Origin: an uncultured Gammaproteobacteria bacterium
Lineage (GTDB): Bacteria; Patescibacteriota; Microgenomatia; Levybacterales; GWA1-39-11
Assembly: GCA_964409875.1 (NCBI GenBank)
Contig: CAYPEN010000001.1
Span: forward strand, 198,637-262,636
Length of the DNA: 64,000 bases
Direction of reading: 5' to 3'
Position 1 is the stretch's first letter; every line of letters starts with the position of its first letter. A program made the translations under genes and the position numbers. Under the pieces are notes generated by a model. It saw only the letters and a list, made by a program, of their open reading frames with translations, was not told the DNA's origin and made no database searches. Positions 9,253-17,958 of this stretch are shown piece after piece.

Positions 9253-10367
9253 AGCAAGGTTGGGAAATAAAGAAGTTGGGTGAAGTTTCAGAAATTCTGA
9301 ATGGTGGAACACCGAAAACAAATATTGCAGAATATTGGGACGATGATATTCATTGGATTACCCCTGCTGATTTAGGAAAGTTAACTAAACCAACAGTAGC
9401 AGATACTCCAAGAAAAATTTCAAGTTTAGGCTTAGAAAAATCGTCTGCAAAATTATTTCCTGAAAATTCAGTAATACTTTCAACGAGAGCTCCAATTGGA
9501 CATTTGGCAATCAATGTAGTTCCTATGAGCACTAATCAAGGGTGTCGTGGAATTGTGCCAAGTAAAAAACTTGATACTTGGTATTTATATTACTTCCTTA
9601 AAAAGAATGTAGAGTTACTTGATAGTTTGGGAACAGGAGCAACCTTTAAAGAGCTTTCAACAAAAGCACTTTCAGGGGTTGAGATCCCCCTTCCCCCTCT
9701 CCCCGAACAACAACGCATTGTTTCTATATTAGATGAAGCCTTTGCCGCCATCACATCGGCAAAAGCAAATGTACAAAAAAACCTCAACAACGCCAAAGAA
9801 CTTTTTGAAAGCTACTTGCAGGGAGTGTTTGAGAATAAGGGTGATGGTTGGGAAGAGAAAAGATTTGATGAAGTCTGTGTTTTGCAAAGGGGATTTGACC
9901 TACCAACTCATTCAAGATTTGAAGGAGATTATCCTTTGGTAAGTTCTAATGGAATTACAGACAATATAAATCAATGGAAAGTTAAAGCGCCAGGTGTTGT
10001 TACAGGTCGTTCAGGCACAATTGGCAATGTTCATTTTATTGAGGAAGATTTTTGGCCACTCAACACAGCACTTTTCATTAAAGATTTTCACGGAAATGAT
10101 GAACGCTTTATTTATTATTTCTTAACGTCTTTTGATTTGAGTAGATATAGCTCAGGAGCAGGTGTACCGACTTTAAATAGAAATAATGTTCACAGCGTAA
10201 GAGTTTGTGTTCCAAAATCAAAAGAAGAACAACAAATCATTGTCAGTCAATTAGATGCCCTGCGAGCGGAAACACAAAAGTTGGAAGCGGTATATCAAAA
10301 GAAAATAGCTGATTTGGAAGAACTGAAAAAATCCATTTTACATAAAGCATTTTCTGGAGAATTATAA
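9249..10367 (+). CDS. hsdS: type I restriction-modification specificity subunit HsdS
   Basis: Conserved central HsdS region (…LPPLPEQQRIVSILDEAFAAI…) and C-terminal coiled-coil (…QKKIADLEELKKSILHKAFSGEL). Sits between hsdM and hsdR. Confidence 0.85.
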   Translation: MKQGWEIKKLGEVSEILNGGTPKTNIAEYWDDDIHWITPADLGKLTKPTVADTPRKISSLGLEKSSAKLFPENSVILSTRAPIGHLAINVVPMSTNQGCRGIVPSKKLDTWYLYYFLKKNVELLDSLGTGATFKELSTKALSGVEIPLPPLPEQQRIVSILDEAFAAITSAKANVQKNLNNAKELFESYLQGVFENKGDGWEEKRFDEVCVLQRGFDLPTHSRFEGDYPLVSSNGITDNINQWKVKAPGVVTGRSGTIGNVHFIEEDFWPLNTALFIKDFHGNDERFIYYFLTSFDLSRYSSGAGVPTLNRNNVHSVRVCVPKSKEEQQIIVSQLDALRAETQKLEAVYQKKIADLEELKKSILHKAFSGEL

Positions 10368-10369
10368 GG

Positions 10370-10425
10370 TTTGTATACATTCATTGACTAAATGTATACA
10401 AACTGGTATACTTTGTATACATTCA
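10370..10425 (+). promoter_or_regulatory. promoter with triple TGTATACA-palindrome operator upstream of fic/hsdR
   Basis: TTGACT (10384-10389), a 17-nt spacer, then TATACT (10407-10412). Three copies of TTTGTATACATTCA (direct, inverted, direct) overlap the -35 to +1 region. Confidence 0.45.
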
Positions 10426-10445
10426 CAAAAAGATGTAAACAAACT

Positions 10446-11585
10446 ATGGATATCAACATTGGAACACTGAAAGAACAAAAAGAGGGGTTTAAGGCTTTTA
10501 TTCCATATACATTTCCTCCCGAAAAAGGTTTTGAATTTACTCCAAGAATAATTAAAAAAGATAATGAAGCGACACGACTTTTAGGTAAGCTTGATGGTAT
10601 CACCAAGTTATTACCTGATGCTGATTTCTTCTTGCTCATGTATCTGCGCAAAGATGCTGCTTCTTCAAGTCAAATAGAGGGAACTATGGCTACCATGGTA
10701 GATGCGATTGAGGCAGAGGTAAACGTAAGCACTAATATCCCGGAGGATGTAGATGACATTTTGCATTACATACAAGCATTAAATTACGGTATAAAACGCG
10801 TTACTTCTGATGATTTTCCAATAAATCTTCGATTTGTTAGAGAACTTCACTTGAAACTTATGAAAGGCGCGCGCGCTACTCATTTTAGTGATCCTGGGGA
10901 ATTTAGAAAAAGTCAGAACTGGATTCAAGGAACAAGGCCCGACAATGCACATTTTGTGCCTCCTCCGGTTGATGAAATGCATCGTGCGCTGAATGAGTTA
11001 GAGGCCTTTATACATGCTGAAGACACAACTCCAACTGTTATTAAAGCGGGGATTATTCATTCACAGTTTGAAACGATTCATCCTTTTCTTGATGGGAATG
11101 GAAGAACAGGTAGAATGTTGCTAACATTTTATCTTTGGAAGGAAGGATATTTAGAAAAGCCAGTACTTTTCTTATCATCTTACTTTAAAAAGCATCAAAA
11201 GCTTTATTACGAGAGGCTTGAAGGATACCATGAGGGCAAAATTGATAAATGGGTGGAATTTTTTCTCGATGGAGTTATTGAGATTGCAACTGAGGCAATC
11301 GGCATAGTTGATAAGATTACTGAATTAAGAGAGCGAGATATTTTAAAAATTCAGAGACTAGGTAAAAGGGCCTCTGAAAGCGCGGCTATGATACTGCCTA
11401 AGTTATATGGGCAACCAATCGTGAATGTCTCGACAGTGCGTGACTGGACAGGATTTACTAGAGCTGGTGCGCAACAGGTTATTGACCGTTTTATCGAAAT
11501 GGGAATACTTTCTCCAAAGGATAAGGATGTGAAGTATGGACAGTCATATATCTATAATGAATATATTCAAATATTTTCAAATTAG
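10446..11585 (+). CDS. fic: Fic family protein (AMPylation/Fido domain)
   Basis: Canonical Fic motif HPFLDGNGRTGR. Start chosen at MDINIG, downstream of the promoter. It is embedded between hsdS and hsdR. Confidence 0.85.
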   Translation: MDINIGTLKEQKEGFKAFIPYTFPPEKGFEFTPRIIKKDNEATRLLGKLDGITKLLPDADFFLLMYLRKDAASSSQIEGTMATMVDAIEAEVNVSTNIPEDVDDILHYIQALNYGIKRVTSDDFPINLRFVRELHLKLMKGARATHFSDPGEFRKSQNWIQGTRPDNAHFVPPPVDEMHRALNELEAFIHAEDTTPTVIKAGIIHSQFETIHPFLDGNGRTGRMLLTFYLWKEGYLEKPVLFLSSYFKKHQKLYYERLEGYHEGKIDKWVEFFLDGVIEIATEAIGIVDKITELRERDILKIQRLGKRASESAAMILPKLYGQPIVNVSTVRDWTGFTRAGAQQVIDRFIEMGILSPKDKDVKYGQSYIYNEYIQIFSN

Positions 11586-11587
11586 CT

Positions 11588-13897
11588 ATGAATGAATCAG
11601 AGACAAGAGCAGAATATATAGATCCAAAATTAAAGGAAAGCGGTTGGGGAGAGGTAGAGGGATCAAAAGTATTGCGAGAACACAGAATTACTGATGGAAG
11701 AATTCTCGTTGGTGGAGCACGCTCGAAGCCCGAAATCGCGGATTATGTTCTCGTGTATAAAAATCAAAAACTAGCCGTCATTGAAGCAAAGCAAATAGAT
11801 CTACCAGCAACGGAAGGTGTAGCGCAGGCAAAAGCATACGCTCATAAGATGCAACTTGAATATACCTATTCCACAAACGGTAAAGAAATTTACGAGATGA
11901 ACATGAAGACAGGGAAGGAATGGTATCTTGAGCGTTTTCCTACTCCTGATGAGTTATGGAATGCTTATTACTTTGACCAAAATGACTGGAAAGAAAAGTT
12001 TGCATCAATTCCAAGCGAAGGCGAATTAGGGAGAAGATATTATCAAGAAACAGCGATTAAAAATGTGCTTGATGCTATTGCGGAAGAAAAAAATAGAGTA
12101 CTTCTTACAATGGCAACCGGAACAGGTAAAACTGCCGTAGCCTTTCAAATAGCTTGGAAACTATATCAAGCTAGATGGAATTTGCAAAGAGACGGAAATC
12201 GTAGGCCAAGAATTTTGTTTTTGGCTGATAGAAATATACTAGCCGATCAAGCATTTAATGCTTTTAGTGCGTTTTCAGAAGATGCATTAGTAAGAATAAA
12301 TCCTCTCGATATCAGGAAGAAGGGATCAGTCCCAACGAATGGAGCAGTGTTCTTTACGATATTTCAAACTTTTATGAGCGGACCTCAAAACACACCTTAT
12401 TTTGGTGAGTATCCACCTGATTTTTTTGATTTCATCATCATAGATGAATGTCATAGGGGAGGAGCAAATGATGAGGGCAACTGGAGAGGAATTTTGGAGT
12501 ACTTTTCACCCGCTGTGCAGCTTGGGCTTACAGCTACTCCGAAAAGAAAAGATAATGTCGATACTTATAGATATTTTGGAGAGCCTGTTTATACATATTC
12601 ACTAAAAGAAGGAATAGGTGATGGATTTCTGACACCATTTAAGGTTAAAAGGATTCAAACAACTCTTGATGAATACATATATACATCGGATGACGAGGTG
12701 GTAGAGGGGGAGATAGAAATGGGCAAGGTCTATACCGAGCCAGATTTTAATAGAATAATCGAGATAAAAGAGAGGGAGGCTAAAAGAGTCAAATTGATGT
12801 TAGAAAATATAAATCAAACAGAAAAAACTATAGTCTTTTGTGCCAATCAAGAGCATGCGTTAGCAGTCAGAGATCTTATAAATCAAATGAATGATGTGAA
12901 GGATCCATTTTATTGTGTAAGGGTTACTGCAAATGATGGGTTTCGAGGTGAGCAATATTTGAGAGAATTTCAGGATAACGAAAAAACTATTCCAACTATT
13001 CTAACTACTTCTCAAAAACTTTCCACTGGTGTTGATGCGAGAAATATCCGAAATATTGTTCTTATGCGACCAATTAATAATATGATTGAATTCAAACAAA
13101 TAATTGGACGGGGCACAAGGCTATTTGACGGTAAAGAATATTTTACTATTATTGATTTTGTAGATGCTTATAAAAATTTTCTTGACCCTGAATGGGACGG
13201 AGAACCTGTTGATCCTGAACCTCCCAGACCTCCTGGTCCTACACCGCTACCACCTAGGCCATGTCCGGTTTGTGGGCAAGCTCCATGTATCTGTGACAAA
13301 GTAGAACCAAAACAGAAAATTAAAATAAAACTTCGTGACGGAAAAGAGCGCGAAATTCAACACATGATTTCCACGTCTTATTGGGGAGCTGATGGTAAGC
13401 CTATGTCTTCAGAAGAATTTATTTACAATTTGTACGGAATATTACCTGACTTTTTTAAAGATGAAGAAGAATTGAGGAAAATATGGTCAAATCCAACAAC
13501 ACGAAGTAAGTTTCTCGAGCGATTTTTTGATATGGGAATTGATATTGAGCAAATCGAAAACCTTTCAAAAATTGTAAGCGGTGAGGATAGTGATTTTTAT
13601 GATGTCTTGCTATTTTTAGCCTACCATAAACCATTAATTACCCGTAAAAAACGAGTTGAAAAAAATAAAAGCGAGATTTTGGAAGGGTTAAATGAAAATG
13701 AGTCAGAATTCCTTAATTTTGTGTTGAGAAAATATGAAGATGATGGGTTTGAGGAACTATCTGAAGAAAAATTGCCAGTTCTTCTAAACTTAAAATATCA
13801 AGCTATTGCGGATGCAGAACAAAAATTGGGAGATGTAGAAAAAATAAGAAATACTTTTTTTGAATTTCAAAAAAAATTATATTCAAACATTCAATAG
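11588..13897 (+). CDS. hsdR: type I restriction enzyme R subunit HsdR
   Basis: HSDR_N-like N-terminus (…RAEYIDPKLKESGW…), Walker A MATGTGKT, and DEAD-like IIIDECHRG. The C-terminal EcoEI_R_C-like helical region is preceded by a Pro-rich linker and a CPVCGQAPCIC zinc-knuckle-like motif. Confidence 0.85.
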   Translation: MNESETRAEYIDPKLKESGWGEVEGSKVLREHRITDGRILVGGARSKPEIADYVLVYKNQKLAVIEAKQIDLPATEGVAQAKAYAHKMQLEYTYSTNGKEIYEMNMKTGKEWYLERFPTPDELWNAYYFDQNDWKEKFASIPSEGELGRRYYQETAIKNVLDAIAEEKNRVLLTMATGTGKTAVAFQIAWKLYQARWNLQRDGNRRPRILFLADRNILADQAFNAFSAFSEDALVRINPLDIRKKGSVPTNGAVFFTIFQTFMSGPQNTPYFGEYPPDFFDFIIIDECHRGGANDEGNWRGILEYFSPAVQLGLTATPKRKDNVDTYRYFGEPVYTYSLKEGIGDGFLTPFKVKRIQTTLDEYIYTSDDEVVEGEIEMGKVYTEPDFNRIIEIKEREAKRVKLMLENINQTEKTIVFCANQEHALAVRDLINQMNDVKDPFYCVRVTANDGFRGEQYLREFQDNEKTIPTILTTSQKLSTGVDARNIRNIVLMRPINNMIEFKQIIGRGTRLFDGKEYFTIIDFVDAYKNFLDPEWDGEPVDPEPPRPPGPTPLPPRPCPVCGQAPCICDKVEPKQKIKIKLRDGKEREIQHMISTSYWGADGKPMSSEEFIYNLYGILPDFFKDEEELRKIWSNPTTRSKFLERFFDMGIDIEQIENLSKIVSGEDSDFYDVLLFLAYHKPLITRKKRVEKNKSEILEGLNENESEFLNFVLRKYEDDGFEELSEEKLPVLLNLKYQAIADAEQKLGDVEKIRNTFFEFQKKLYSNIQ

Positions 13898-13971
13898 CCC
13901 TACTATACTAAAATGGTGTGGAATTGGCCTCAATTGCTTTTGTTTTGTACCAGTAGTATACTTCACCTCAA

Positions 13972-14898
13972 ATGGCGTTGTTTAGAATAAATGGGAAAAA
14001 ATTAAGCCCTGTAAAGGAAATGGGGTTTGATTCTCAATTTAAAAAAGAGAAGGAACTCCAAAATTTTACAGAAAACAATCTTCAAGAACTTTTTGGTCTT
14101 GAATATATTGCTACTGAATTTAATATCGAGACTTTTTGGCTTGACTCTCTGGCATTTGATCCTGCTATCAATTCATTTGTAATCATAGAGTACAAAAAAG
14201 TCGAAAATTTCTCGCTTATGGATCAGGGGCAAACGTATTTGAATCTTGTGTTGGATCACAAGGCTGACGTTTTGCTGGAATATATTACAAAAACAGGAAA
14301 GACAATTGATAAAAAGAGTGTCGATTGGGGACAGACCAGAGTCATGTTCATTGGTCCAAAATTTAATACCTATCAAAAGAGAGCGTTAAGTCCAAATTTA
14401 CCATTTGAATTGTGGGAAGTTGGAATTTATGAGGGGGGACTTATAGAATATGATCAGATAATTCCCGTGGGTGGAGACAAAAAAGTTGAAAAGAGAACTG
14501 TTTCTCTTTCTGGTTCTGCGAGTAAGGAAATTAAAGTATATGCAGTAGAGGATCATCTAAAAAAATCCAACCAGAAAACACAAGATCTTTTTCAGACTAT
14601 CAGAGAGGAAATTTTTTCTTTGAATAGCAAAATTCAGGAAAAACCAGTTGGGAACTACATAGGTTATAAAGTAAATTGGTATAATTTTGCCTCGATCCAT
14701 TTTTACAAAGATTGGTTAAAAATTCATGTTAGAAAGGAAAAGTTGCAAAGTGATAAGGATGGTAGACTGACAAAAATACCCTCATCATATGGATGGGGTA
14801 AAACGCCGCTTTGGTGGATGGATGTTAAAAATGAAAAGGATGTGGAGTATGTATTACCAATAATTAAGGAGTCCTATGATGCATCGCCTGATAAGTAA
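13972..14898 (+). CDS. PD-(D/E)XK-like nuclease-fold protein with uncharacterised C-terminal domain (putative)
   Basis: N-terminal …FDPAINSFVIIEYKK… fits a D…(D/E)xK restriction-endonuclease-like signature. It lies immediately downstream of hsdR on the same strand. Confidence 0.4.
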   Translation: MALFRINGKKLSPVKEMGFDSQFKKEKELQNFTENNLQELFGLEYIATEFNIETFWLDSLAFDPAINSFVIIEYKKVENFSLMDQGQTYLNLVLDHKADVLLEYITKTGKTIDKKSVDWGQTRVMFIGPKFNTYQKRALSPNLPFELWEVGIYEGGLIEYDQIIPVGGDKKVEKRTVSLSGSASKEIKVYAVEDHLKKSNQKTQDLFQTIREEIFSLNSKIQEKPVGNYIGYKVNWYNFASIHFYKDWLKIHVRKEKLQSDKDGRLTKIPSSYGWGKTPLWWMDVKNEKDVEYVLPIIKESYDASPDK

Positions 14899-14904
14899 AT
14901 AAAT

Positions 14905-15663
14905 ATGTCTCAGTACTATAATCCCATCAGAACACGGAATTTGTTTGATCCCAGCTCTTCCGAGCCGTTTCGACTGAGCCGTTCAAAAATCGACCTTTTT
15001 GTAAAGTGTCCCAGGTGCTTTTATATGGATAGGAGGTTGGGAATAGGGCAGCCGCCAGGATATCCTTTTTCTTTAAATTCTGCAGTCGATGCACTTCTCA
15101 AAAAAGAGTTTGATATGCACCGCGCAAACGGCACGCGGCATCCATTGTGTGAAAAGTATGGAATCAACGCAATTCCCTATGCTCACGAGAAAATTGATGA
15201 GTGGAGAGACTCGTTACGACGGGGAATTACTGTCCCAATTGACGGCACTTCGGTAGTTGTAACAGGAGGAGTAGATGACGTTTGGCATGAAAATGGCGAG
15301 CTTATTATCGTTGATTACAAAGCAACGTCAAAAAAAGAAGAAGTAACACTGGATGCAGAGTGGCAAGATGGGTACAAAAGGCAGATGGAAATCTATCAGT
15401 GGCTGTTCCGAAAGAATGGTTTTAACGTTTCTAAAACAGGATATTTTGTGTACTGTAATGGAGACACCGATAAAGAGGCTTTTGATGGGAAGCTGGAGTT
15501 TGAAATAAAACTAATTCCCTATGTTGGTGATGACTCATGGGTCGAGGGAAAAATTTTGGAAGCAATCGAATATCTAAAAAGTGATACCATCCCTGAGAGC
15601 GGGGCGGATTGTGACTTTTGCGCGTATAGAAAAGCCGCGGCAAGTGCAGAATCCAGGGAGTAG
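14905..15663 (+). CDS. Cas4-like / RecB-family PD-(D/E)XK nuclease with Fe-S cysteine motifs
   Basis: N-terminal CPRC. RecB motifs GGVDDVW and IIVDYKATSKK. QxxxY motif QMEIYQWLF. C-terminal CDFC, giving a 4-Cys cluster. It starts 6 nt after the upstream gene. Confidence 0.6.
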   Translation: MSQYYNPIRTRNLFDPSSSEPFRLSRSKIDLFVKCPRCFYMDRRLGIGQPPGYPFSLNSAVDALLKKEFDMHRANGTRHPLCEKYGINAIPYAHEKIDEWRDSLRRGITVPIDGTSVVVTGGVDDVWHENGELIIVDYKATSKKEEVTLDAEWQDGYKRQMEIYQWLFRKNGFNVSKTGYFVYCNGDTDKEAFDGKLEFEIKLIPYVGDDSWVEGKILEAIEYLKSDTIPESGADCDFCAYRKAAASAESRE

Positions 15664-15808
15664 TAACGGGACTGGTCCGCAAATTCCAAATTTCTCTACC
15701 AAAATCCTTTGATTGAGGTAACTATTGCGTCGGATTATTTTTCAATATAAAAGTTGTGGGTGGGAAAATGCCCCCCGGAGCCTTGCGGCTCCGGGGGGCG
15801 AATGCGCC

Positions 15809-16171
15809 TTACTGGCGCGACGTCTGGGTCCTGCTTTCGGACCTTTTCCTCGCTAGCCATTCGGCTATCTGCTCACCTGTGAACGTGAAGCCCGCGTCGT
15901 GCGGGAATCCGGCGATGACCTCCTCTTTGAAATACCGCACATACGGATACAGTTGATCCCTAAGTACATCTGGATTCACACCCGGTGCAAGACCGAGGTG
16001 ATCGCAGAGGATTGAAAGTGCCAGGGCGTAAGGCCCGGCTCCTCCATATCCCCACTCGAACCCGTTATCCGGGTCGCCGTACTGGTCGTAGTTGAAGAGT
16101 TTTTGGCCATTGACCTTGACTTCATCAACCCAGGCACCGTCGCGGGTGCCCACGTAAATCTTACCGGACAA
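15809..16171 (-). CDS. hypothetical protein in GC-rich island (TTG start)
   Basis: 120-aa ORF with AGGAG 6 nt upstream of a TTG start. GC content is far above genome background (island ~15750-16180). Confidence 0.45.
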   Translation of the reverse strand: MSGKIYVGTRDGAWVDEVKVNGQKLFNYDQYGDPDNGFEWGYGGAGPYALALSILCDHLGLAPGVNPDVLRDQLYPYVRYFKEEVIAGFPHDAGFTFTGEQIAEWLARKRSESRTQTSRQ

Positions 16172-16291
16172 GCTACACTCCTAAGTCAGATAGGGAGGAT
16201 TATAGCAAATGCTAGGTTCAAAATCAAACTATAAGATAAAATTTACCCATGCGGGAGAGTCGGCTAGCATGTTTAAATAGGAAAATTCGGG

Positions 16292-16370
16292 CGCGCTTCC
16301 TTGAACTGTAAATCCAATCACACAGAATGCCATGTTTAAAATTTAAAAGCACAAATTCTGAAAATGGCAA
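16292..16370. repeat. direct repeat copy 1 (~78 bp) flanking the Doc/antitoxin cassette
   Basis: cgcgcttccttgaactgtaaatccaatcacacagaatgccatgtttaaaatttaaaag… recurs at 17419-17498 with ~5 mismatches. Confidence 0.8.
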
Positions 16371-16398
16371 GTACACACTAACAATCGACGGTACGAAG

Positions 16399-16782
16399 TT
16401 ATGCAGGTTTTGTGTGGGATTTGAGCCATGAAGAAATTTCCTCCAGAGATAGATTTCGATTATCAACATTTATGGCAAACTCCACCTCTTCATCATGAGA
16501 ATTTATAAGTTGATATCCATTTATTTTGAGAAAAATTCCGGCAGAGGTAAGTGCTGTCCTTTTATTCCCATCAACAAACGGGTGGTTTTTTAGAAGAGAT
16601 TGAAGAAGAGCTGCAGCTTTGGAGAAAATATCAGGATACATTTCTTGCCCGTCATATGTAGTCTGAGGTCTAGCCACAGCCGATTCCAAAAGTCCTAAAT
16701 CTCTCAACCCATGAGAACCTCCAAATTTTTTTATCATCTGGTCATGAATAGCTAAAATTTGGTGAGGAGTAAGGTATTTCAA
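16399..16782 (-). CDS. doc: Doc (death-on-curing) toxin, Fic/Doc family
   Basis: Doc-type motif HPFVDGNKRTAL. 127 aa. Its start overlaps the upstream antitoxin stop. Confidence 0.85.
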   Translation of the reverse strand: MKYLTPHQILAIHDQMIKKFGGSHGLRDLGLLESAVARPQTTYDGQEMYPDIFSKAAALLQSLLKNHPFVDGNKRTALTSAGIFLKINGYQLINSHDEEVEFAINVDNRNLSLEEISSWLKSHTKPA

Positions 16783-17015
16783 CGGTTGGAAAGAGCTTGT
16801 AAAACATCTTTGTGCTCTTCTACAAACTCATCAACCATTTTCATGAATTTTGCGTCGACTCCTGAGTCTTTTGATGCTTGTGGCGTGATGGTGATTTTCT
16901 TGTTTTTTTCTTCCACGATAACTTTATCTCCAGGCTTGATACCTGCAGATGCAAGAACTTTTTGAGGTATGATAATCCCTTGTGAATTTCCAATTTTTAT
17001 AACTGTCTGTTCCAT
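16779..17015 (-). CDS. AbrB/MazE/SpoVT-type antitoxin (Phd-like partner of Doc)
   Basis: …VIKIGNSQGIIIPQKVLASAGIKPGDKVIV… is a swapped-hairpin AbrB/MazE fold signature. 78 aa, in an overlapping operon with doc. Confidence 0.75.
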   Translation of the reverse strand: MEQTVIKIGNSQGIIIPQKVLASAGIKPGDKVIVEEKNKKITITPQASKDSGVDAKFMKMVDEFVEEHKDVLQALSNR

Positions 17016-17418
17016 GTTATTACATGTTATAACGTATTTGTGGCAATGTCAAGGTTTTGTTGGAGCTGAAACTATATTTTCAAAAGCTCTGATGTTGTTA
17101 ATACTTTCCTATCGGTGAAAGTATTCAAAGCCTCTGCCAAATTCTATTTCTTGATACTTTTGTATCGCCAAAAGTATCCAAAAACTCTTTGCTATGCTGT
17201 TCTTTTCTGCCGAAAAAAGAACCAAAAACTCTCGTCGAGGAGCAGTCTTGAACGTTCGGTTTTTCCTTCATTCACTCAAAATACCGGACTTCGCCTTTCT
17301 ATTTTGCCCGTAAAGCGGTCGTTCATTCAGTCAAAATCTCAAGTTCAGACCTGCAATCGACGAATAAAAAAAGGGAACTTTGCAGATTCTGAAAATGGCA
17401 ACCTGAAGCAAATTTTAA

Positions 17419-17498
17419 CGCGCTTCCTTGAACTGTAAATCCAATCGCACAGAATGCCATGTTTAAAATTTAAAAGTGCAGATTCTGAAAAGGGCAAA
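17419..17498. repeat. direct repeat copy 2 (~78 bp) flanking the Doc/antitoxin cassette
   Basis: Matches 16292-16370. A partial extra copy of the repeat end (cagattctgaaaatggcaa) lies just upstream at 17381-17401. Confidence 0.8.
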
Positions 17499-17568
17499 TT
17501 CATGAGAGGCGCGTTGTCTTGAACAGTAAATTTAGCGCGTCAAGTTGTGTGTTATAATCTGTGGCATT

Positions 17569-17901
17569 ATGGTTTCACGTATTGAAATCCGTCCTGAAGG
17601 GTGTGATTGGACTTTTGAGCGGGGAATCATGGCCGGCGAATCATGTGGAATTTCAAATCCCTTGATGGATGGAGGAGAGGAGTTAATTGTTGTAATCTGT
17701 GATGAAAATGATTTGACAACTACCGTAACCCGTCTTTTTGAGGATGAATTTTTTGAAGATAGTAAAACGGGTGAAATTTGCTTTGAAAAAGATCCTGTTG
17801 CAGTGCTTAAATTAGGCGACCCTCATTACATCACCTCTATCCAGTCTCAATTAAACTCGGACAAAATCGGCCTTCGTATTTCCCACCAAAATGTTTTCTA
17901 G
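17569..17901 (+). CDS. hypothetical protein
   Basis: ORF 17545-17901. Start chosen at MVSRIE. No motif recognised. Confidence 0.35.
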   Translation: MVSRIEIRPEGCDWTFERGIMAGESCGISNPLMDGGEELIVVICDENDLTTTVTRLFEDEFFEDSKTGEICFEKDPVAVLKLGDPHYITSIQSQLNSDKIGLRISHQNVF

Positions 17902-17958
17902 CAATTTTTAGCGCATTTTTTCTGGAATTTTTGACTATTAAGATGTACAATCACCCTC

